Assembly (NCBI GenBank): GCA_016869235.1
Contig: VGER01000003.1
Coordinates: 2,469-66,468, forward strand
DNA: 64,000 bases
DNA from: Alphaproteobacteria bacterium
GTDB taxonomy: Bacteria; Pseudomonadota; Alphaproteobacteria; UBA2966; CAIVPW01
Direction of reading: 5' to 3'
Made by a program: the position numbers and the translations under genes. Shown piece by piece: positions 58,648 to 64,000 of the stretch; position 1 is the first letter of the stretch; each line of letters begins with the position of its first letter. A model generated the notes under the pieces. The model was not told the DNA's origin. It worked only from the letters and a program-made list of their open reading frames with translations, and did no database searches.

Positions 58648-60900
58648 TTACGGCTTGGCGGGTTGCGCATCCGGCGGCGCATCCGGCTTGGCTTCCGCCT
58701 CGGCACGCAGATCGGCGATCGCCTTGAACGGCGGGGCGGCGCGCGGGAAGGGGAACTCGATGCCCTCGCGATCGAAGCGCAGCTTGACGCGGCGGTTGAA
58801 CTCGCGGCGCAGCTCCCACTGCCGTTGCGGCCGGGTCTTGATGCGCACGCGCACGACCAGCGCCGTGTCGGTGATCTCCTCGAGGCCCATGATCTCGATG
58901 GGTCCCAGCATGCCGCGACCCAGCCGCGCGTCGGACTTCAGCTCATGGCCGATGTCCTTGAGCACAGCGACGACGCGCTCGTAGTCCTGGTTGTAGGCGA
59001 CGCGCACGTCGACCACCGCGTAGGAGAAGTCCTTGGTCAGGTTCTCGATCATCGCCACGCTGGAGAACGGGATGGTGTAGACGGTACCGTCCGTGTCGCG
59101 CAGGCGCACGGTGCGGATGGTCATCGACTCGACCACGCCTTCCTTGCCGCCGAGGCGCGCGACGTCGCCGACGTGCAGCGAATCCTCGATGAGGATGAAC
59201 ACGCCGGTGATGAAGTCCTTCACCAGCGTCTGCGCGCCGAAGCCGATGGCGACGCCGGCGACGCCGGCGCCGGCCAGCAGCGGGCCGATGCTGACGCCCA
59301 GCTCGGAGAGGACGACGAGCCCGGTCATCACGCTGATGACGACGATCAGCACGTTGCGGATGAGCGGCAGCAGCGTGCGGATGCGCTGCGACGGCATGTG
59401 GTCCTCGTCCTCGCTGCGCACGTCGAGGTAGAGGTGGACGAGCGCGTTGGACAGCTCTAACGCCAACAGCGCGATACCGAGAATGACGGCGATGTGCATG
59501 GCGCGCGACAGCACCTGCCGCCCGGCGTCGGAGGCGAACCACGCCAGGATGTCGACGCCCCACACCTGCAGGATGGCGAGCGCCGCCACCGCCTGCACCA
59601 GGACGACGATGCCGCGGCGGGCGAGCGGCAGATAGAGATCGGCGCGCGCCGCGGCGAACGGGTACTGCTTGCGGATGTCCTCGCTGACGCCGAAGGCGCG
59701 GTGCAGCACCTGGCCGACGAAGCGCACCGCGAACCACGCCAGCAGGATGATGCCCACGGTGGCCAAGGTATTGCGGGCGATGAGCGTGAAGCCGCCGGGT
59801 ATGTCGAGCATCCACACTGCCCACGCCGCCGTGACATAGAGCAGCGCCAGGATGTGCCACGACGCCGCCACGCGCTCGCGCACGACGCGCACCGCCGCGG
59901 GACGCACGCGCTCCCCGCCGAGGCCGCCCAGCCAGCGCTGCACCGGCTGGCGATTCTGCAGCACGAGCACGCCGACCAGGAGCGCCAGCAACAGGCCGAT
60001 CAGGCGCACCAGGAAGGCGTATGCCGCCGGCGGCACGCCGAGCAGCAGGACGGCCTGGGTGAGGAAGTAGCCGTACACCAGGAGGTCCACCATGCGGCGC
60101 ACCCAGACGTAGAGGTACGCCGCGACCTCGTTGCGCAGCGGCACCGGGCGCAGCGCCGGAGCGAGCGGCGCCAGGATCGCCTTGGCCACGGCGTTGCTGG
60201 CGAGCGCCGCGATCACCGCCGTCAGCACCGGCAGGATGATCAGACGCACGCCGTCCGGCGTCCTCAGGATGGCGAGGAAGGCAAAGCCGACGACTGCGAA
60301 GGCCGCGATCGGCGCCACCAGCAGGAGGATGTTGGCGGCGGCATAGGGAATCCGCCGCCACCATGACGCGGCCGCGGCGCGCCGCTCCAGCTTGTCCGTC
60401 GCGGGACGCAACAAGCGCCGCGCGGCCCACCACACCACCAGGGCCGGAAAGACCGTCGAGGCAAGGTAGGCGAGCAGCGCCATCCAGAATTGGCGCCGTT
60501 CGGGCGCCGACTGCTCGGCGAACCAGCGGGCGATGCCGCGCGGGCTGCTCATGGCGAAGGCGATGTCGGCGATGCGGTCGCCGATCGAAGACAGCGCGTT
60601 CGAGAACAGGACGAGGGCGCCGGCCCCGGAATTCGGCCGCCCGAGCGGCACGGCTCCCGGCACAGCATCGAGCGGGACGGCTGCGGCCTGCGGCGGGGCG
60701 GCAGTGCCGGGCGGCTGGGTCGGCGGCGCAAGCCTGCGCAACTCGTCCAGCAGTCGCGCGCGGGCCTGGTCATCCTCGAGGACGCGGATCAGGGCGTCGA
60801 CGTCGGTGTTCGGCGGCGGCCGCACGTCCTGCGCCAGGGCCGCGCGCGCACCCAACAGCAAGGCGAAGGTCGCCAAGACAGCGACCCGCGCCAGCGTCAC
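58648..60900 (-). CDS. Mechanosensitive ion channel, MscS family (MscK-like, with periplasmic N-domain)
   Basis: A multi-TM region then the MscS signature ...[46 protein letters not shown]...VESMTIRTVRLRDTDGTVYTIPFS... GTG start at 60900 overlaps the stop of the upstream antiporter (GTGA). Confidence 0.75.
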   Translation of the reverse strand: MTLARVAVLATFALLLGARAALAQDVRPPPNTDVDALIRVLEDDQARARLLDELRRLAPPTQPPGTAAPPQAAAVPLDAVPGAVPLGRPNSGAGALVLFSNALSSIGDRIADIAFAMSSPRGIARWFAEQSAPERRQFWMALLAYLASTVFPALVVWWAARRLLRPATDKLERRAAAASWWRRIPYAAANILLLVAPIAAFAVVGFAFLAILRTPDGVRLIILPVLTAVIAALASNAVAKAILAPLAPALRPVPLRNEVAAYLYVWVRRMVDLLVYGYFLTQAVLLLGVPPAAYAFLVRLIGLLLALLVGVLVLQNRQPVQRWLGGLGGERVRPAAVRVVRERVAASWHILALLYVTAAWAVWMLDIPGGFTLIARNTLATVGIILLAWFAVRFVGQVLHRAFGVSEDIRKQYPFAAARADLYLPLARRGIVVLVQAVAALAILQVWGVDILAWFASDAGRQVLSRAMHIAVILGIALLALELSNALVHLYLDVRSEDEDHMPSQRIRTLLPLIRNVLIVVISVMTGLVVLSELGVSIGPLLAGAGVAGVAIGFGAQTLVKDFITGVFILIEDSLHVGDVARLGGKEGVVESMTIRTVRLRDTDGTVYTIPFSSVAMIENLTKDFSYAVVDVRVAYNQDYERVVAVLKDIGHELKSDARLGRGMLGPIEIMGLEEITDTALVVRVRIKTRPQRQWELRREFNRRVKLRFDREGIEFPFPRAAPPFKAIADLRAEAEAKPDAPPDAQPAKP

Positions 60901-62330
60901 CGCGAGTCCTCCGTGCCGGTGGACTTGCGGCCGTCGCCCGGCGGCTCGACGTCGTTGGCGGGCGAGGGCGGTGACAGTGGGGTCTCCACCACCATGGCGA
61001 CCGGCGCCGACGCCGGTGCGGGGCGCAGGCGCTGCCACAGCAGCCGCGCCAGCGCTCCCAGCGCCGCCGCGGCGGTGCGCAGGTTGCGGCCGAAGGTGCG
61101 CAGCACGCGCCACACCGCGCGCGCCTCGCCGCCGTACAGGCTGTCGATGCCGAAGCGCGCGCCCGCGTCCGGGCCCCACGCGAGCGCTTCCAGGCGCCGC
61201 GCGGTGAGCAGCCACAGCGGACTGGCGACCAGGCTCAGCGCGATGACGGCGACGAGCAGCCGGTAATCGTCGGCACCCATCAGGCCGGCCGCCACGCCGG
61301 CGGCGGCGAGCACGAACGAGAATTCACCGACCTGTCCCATCACCGTGCCGGCCAGGAAGGCGCGCGGCCACGGTTCGCCGACCAGGCGCAGGATGGCGAC
61401 GTTGGCGGCAGTCTTGCCGACGGTCACCAGCAGCACCAGAAGGGCGACGGTGCCGAGGTTCTCCCAGATGAAGCGCAGGTCGAGCAGCAGGCCTACCGAC
61501 AGGAAGAACACCATCAGCAGCGCCGACTGAATCGGCCGCGTCGCCGCCACCATCCTGGGCCGCTCGGCCGTGTTGCCAACGACGAGTCCGGCAAGGAACG
61601 CTCCGTACGCTGGCGACAGCCCAAGTAGGCCAGAAAGGGTCGCCGCCGAGAAGCAGATGGCGATGGCGATGATGGCAGCGAGCTCCTCGTTCTCCTCGAG
61701 GCGATCGAGGAGGGCGACGCGCATGCGGCGCCGTCCCGACAGGGCGCTGATCACGGCCGCCAGCACCGCAACGGCGGCGCCGAGCTTGCCGAACTCGAGG
61801 GTGAGGTAGCCGCCCTCGCCGCTGAACATGCCGGCGATGAGCAGCATCGGCACGACGGCGAGGTCCTGTGCGATGAGCACGCCGATGGCGGTGCGGCCGA
61901 CGTCGGTGCGCAGCTCGCCGATGTCCTCAAGGATCTTGATGGCGACGGCGGTGGAGCTGAGCGCCAAGGCAAAGCCTATGAGCAGTGCCAGGCCCGGCGA
62001 CCAGCCGAGCAGCTGACCGACGCCCCAGGCGACGAACAGCGCCACGGCGATCTGCAGCAGCGCGGTCAGCAGCGAGATGTGCCAGACGCGCTTGAAGCTG
62101 CGCAGGCTGAGCTCGAGCCCGATCAGGAACAGGAGCATCAGCACGCCGAGCTCGGCGAGGCCCTCAATCGCCGCACGGTCGGCGGCAAGGCCGAGCACGG
62201 ACGGGCCGAGCAGCACGCCGGCCAGCACGTAGCCGACCAAGATCGGCTGCCGCAGATGGTGCAGCACGAGGCCGCCGAGGGCGGCGGCGCTGGCGATCAA
62301 GGCGATTTGGGTGAGCTCGATGCCGCCCAT
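60897..62330 (-). CDS. Cation:proton antiporter (CPA2 family, KefB-like membrane domain)
   Basis: A 477-aa polytopic protein with Na_H_Exchanger-type helices (..GYVLAGVLLGPSVLGL.., ..LLFLIGLEL..). Confidence 0.75.
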   Translation of the reverse strand: MGGIELTQIALIASAAALGGLVLHHLRQPILVGYVLAGVLLGPSVLGLAADRAAIEGLAELGVLMLLFLIGLELSLRSFKRVWHISLLTALLQIAVALFVAWGVGQLLGWSPGLALLIGFALALSSTAVAIKILEDIGELRTDVGRTAIGVLIAQDLAVVPMLLIAGMFSGEGGYLTLEFGKLGAAVAVLAAVISALSGRRRMRVALLDRLEENEELAAIIAIAICFSAATLSGLLGLSPAYGAFLAGLVVGNTAERPRMVAATRPIQSALLMVFFLSVGLLLDLRFIWENLGTVALLVLLVTVGKTAANVAILRLVGEPWPRAFLAGTVMGQVGEFSFVLAAAGVAAGLMGADDYRLLVAVIALSLVASPLWLLTARRLEALAWGPDAGARFGIDSLYGGEARAVWRVLRTFGRNLRTAAAALGALARLLWQRLRPAPASAPVAMVVETPLSPPSPANDVEPPGDGRKSTGTEDSR

Positions 62331-62663
62331 CCTAAGCGGCCGCCATCGAGCGCGCGGCGGGAAGACATGCGCCGGAATTGTCGGCGCCGCTCAGGGACGC
62401 GCCCATCCGGTCAAATCCGTACTGCAAAAGAATCATGCAGCACCAAAGCCTGACCACGGTTAACTGCCGGTTACCTTATTGCCACGGCCAAGCAGCGCTT
62501 GCACGCATTGTTCGCAGGCGGGAACCTCACGTTATGTGGACGTGACGGCGAGGAACAGACGCCACCGACGCTGACCCCCAGTTTAACGGGATCGACGCTT
62601 TACCCGCCGACGAACTGGCCAGCGCATTCTTTGCTGCACAGTGATCGCCTTTGGCGCAGGCGA

Positions 62664-63209
62664 TCACTCATTGCCGAAGCGCTCAAGGTAGAGCTTCCGT
62701 ATGAACGCCTTAGGAGCAGTCACGCGGGTAGTGTCCGGGTTTGGCCGCGCCTTCTTACGCTCGGTTGGGTCGAGATTGGGGACTGTCGGTGTGATGACGT
62801 TATGAGGAACCAACCAATGGACCCGTCCGTCCGCCTCGTGCCGTTCGAGGACGCCTGCCTCGGCCAATCTGCGGGCCTTGTGCTCGTCTTCGTCCTTTAG
62901 GACGTTGCGGGCAAACTGGTACCTAACGCCAAGCGCATCCGCGATCTCTGACGTCGATCGACCGCAATTTGCGAGGTATCGGATCACGGCGGACTTGTTG
63001 TTACCATTTGCTGCTAGCAACTCGGCAATTTCGCCGCCGCTACCAGAGCGCATGATGGCCGGTCCGTGCCTGTACGCCTTCGCCGCCGAGCCATGGCCAC
63101 TCAGTAGGCGGAGCGCTTCGTTGTGGACCTCGCTGGGACTTGCATATCGCCCACTGGCGACCGCCTCGCTCACGAACTTAGCCAGTGTCGGCGCCACGTC
63201 TATCTTCAT
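62664..63209 (-). CDS. Fusion regulator: ParD-like ribbon-helix-helix N-terminus plus a C-terminal HTH domain
   Basis: MKIDVAPTLAKFVSEAVASGRYASPSEVHNEALRLL (ParD antitoxin signature) then ...KSAVIRYLANCGRSTSEIADALGVRYQFARNVLK (HTH). Lies in a lower-GC islet with no adjacent toxin gene. Confidence 0.5.
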   Translation of the reverse strand: MKIDVAPTLAKFVSEAVASGRYASPSEVHNEALRLLSGHGSAAKAYRHGPAIMRSGSGGEIAELLAANGNNKSAVIRYLANCGRSTSEIADALGVRYQFARNVLKDEDEHKARRLAEAGVLERHEADGRVHWLVPHNVITPTVPNLDPTERKKARPNPDTTRVTAPKAFIRKLYLERFGNE

Positions 63210-63235
63210 CGACACCAAGCTACCCTCCACCTGCT

Positions 63236-63265
63236 ATCTATTGATAGATACTATCTATCAATAGA
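63236..63265. promoter_or_regulatory. Perfect 14-1-14 palindrome (tatctattgatagata c tatctatcaataga) about 27 bp upstream of the RHH-HTH gene; putative autoregulatory operator
   Basis: Read directly in the sequence. It overlaps the stop codon of the convergent methyltransferase gene. Confidence 0.55.
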
Positions 63266-64000
63266 GGAGGTCCTTGTCAACTCGTACAGCGCGACCGAGG
63301 CAGCGACGGACACGTTGAGGCTGCCGGTGGCGCCGGGCACGGGGTGAGTCGCGAGCCTGGCGCGGAAGTCGCAATGCTCTGACGTGAGCCGGCGCATGCC
63401 GCCGCCCTCCGCGCCCAGCACCAGGGCGACGGCGCCGCTGTGCTTGGCGCCGTCGAGCGTTTCGGGCGCGGCGGAGTCGAGGCCCACCCGCCAGTAGCCG
63501 AGCTCCGCGAGGAGGTCCAAGGCGCGCGACAGGTTCGGTACTCGCACGAAGGGGACCCGTTCCAGGGCGCCCGAGGCGGCCTTGGCGAGAGCGCCGCTCT
63601 CCGGTGGCGAATGGGCGGCGGTCGCTACCACAGCCCTCACTCCGAACGCCGCTGCCGACCGCAGGATGGCGCCGACGTTGCGCGGGTCGGTGACCTGGTC
63701 GAGGAGCAGCACGACAGCCTGCTCGCCCCGGGCCGGCTCAGCGGCCTCGGCCAGGTCGGGGTTGTCCAGCGGCTTGACCAGGGCGGCGATCCCCTGGTGC
63801 ACTGATCCGGACGGCAGGAGGCTGGCAATCTGGCCGGGACTCACCATCTCCGGCTCGAGTCGCCGTCCTTGGGGGCCGCCGAGCTCGCGGCCGTGGCGGC
63901 CCTGGGCCTCGTCGGCGAGGAGCAGGCGGCTGATCGAGCGGGCCGGGTTGGAGAGGGCGGCGAGTGTGGCGTGGCTGCCCCACAGCCATACCGATGCGGG
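63251..64000 (-). CDS. TrmH/SpoU-family RNA 2'-O-methyltransferase (RlmB-like); N-terminus outside the window
   Basis: ...SVHQGIAALVKP...VVLLLDQVTDPRNVGAILRSAAAFG...ALVLGAEGGGM...LNVSVAASVALYEL. The frame stays open to position 64000. Confidence 0.7.
   Translation of the reverse strand, partial: PASVWLWGSHATLAALSNPARSISRLLLADEAQGRHGRELGGPQGRRLEPEMVSPGQIASLLPSGSVHQGIAALVKPLDNPDLAEAAEPARGEQAVVLLLDQVTDPRNVGAILRSAAAFGVRAVVATAAHSPPESGALAKAASGALERVPFVRVPNLSRALDLLAELGYWRVGLDSAAPETLDGAKHSGAVALVLGAEGGGMRRLTSEHCDFRARLATHPVPGATGSLNVSVAASVALYELTRTSSIDR

Noticed and set aside
62641-62668. Inverted repeat agtgatcgcc-N8-ggcgatcact at the 3' end of the RHH-HTH gene as an intrinsic terminator
   Set aside because: No U-tract follows on the transcribed strand. 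I kept it only as a possible protein-binding site within the islet finding.

Overview
This is a 64-kb window of high-GC (about 68-70%) chromosome. The gene content points to an alphaproteobacterium, possibly Hyphomicrobiales-like; that assignment is inference from tandem DUF1194 genes, the DUF1800/DUF1501 pair and a form IC (red-type) RuBisCO with cbbX. Both strands are densely coded, and most long ORFs antisense to real genes are GC-skew artefacts. The main blocks, in order, are below.
- **(i) 1-8 kb:** ppsA and otsB flanked by two convergent PEBP/YbhB genes, then two tandem DUF1194 genes and a 3'-truncated solute-binding-protein gene.
- **(ii) 8.5-17.8 kb:** ptrB, an EEP-family nuclease, an FNR-like reductase, an FAH-family hydrolase, msrB and pepN.
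- **(iii) 17.8-25.4 kb:** an IorB-like aldehyde-oxidoreductase remnant, gloB, the DUF1800/DUF1501 pair, tandem thioredoxin-like genes and some degenerate fragments.
- **(iv) 25.6-35.3 kb, minus strand:** a Calvin-cycle operon pfp-prk-tkt-gap-pgk-cbbL-cbbS-cbbX. The phosphofructokinase looks PPi-dependent and there is no cbbR. The regulator directly upstream is a LuxR-type protein whose receiver domain appears to lack the phospho-acceptor Asp.
- **(v) 36.4-46.4 kb:** a dipeptide epimerase, a small DUF559 gene bracketed by inverted repeats, a PDR-type reductase, a cNMP-binding protein, an MBL hydrolase, an 1189-aa NfnB/NfnA-like fusion flavoprotein, an atypical CheY-like receiver, ubiX and a Sel1 protein.
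- **(vi) 46.5-57.5 kb:** a liv ABC transporter operon, an amidohydrolase, a tandem-repeat Cys-rich secreted protein, thiI, a thermonuclease, pncA, a pentapeptide-repeat protein and tRNA-Thr(TGT).
- **(vii) 57.8-64 kb:** a YkgJ-like protein, an MscS-family channel translationally coupled to a CPA2 antiporter, a lower-GC islet carrying an RHH(ParD-like)-HTH fusion regulator with a perfect palindromic operator, and a partial TrmH/RlmB methyltransferase at the window edge.
At least 14 otherwise well-conserved CDS are disrupted. Eleven carry +/-1 frameshifts, mostly at short homopolymers, and three carry in-frame TAA codons that are all G:C>T:A changes. There is also a 19-nt poly-C tract inside the IorB remnant. 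Taken together this looks like sequencing or assembly error, or else a mutator or decaying background. I cannot tell which from the sequence alone. No integrase, transposase, CRISPR array or prophage module was found. The candidates for undescribed biology are the IR-flanked DUF559 mini-element, the cbb operon under an aspartate-less LuxR-type regulator with heptamer inverted repeats, the large fusion flavoprotein with an unassigned N-terminal domain, and the RHH-HTH regulator.
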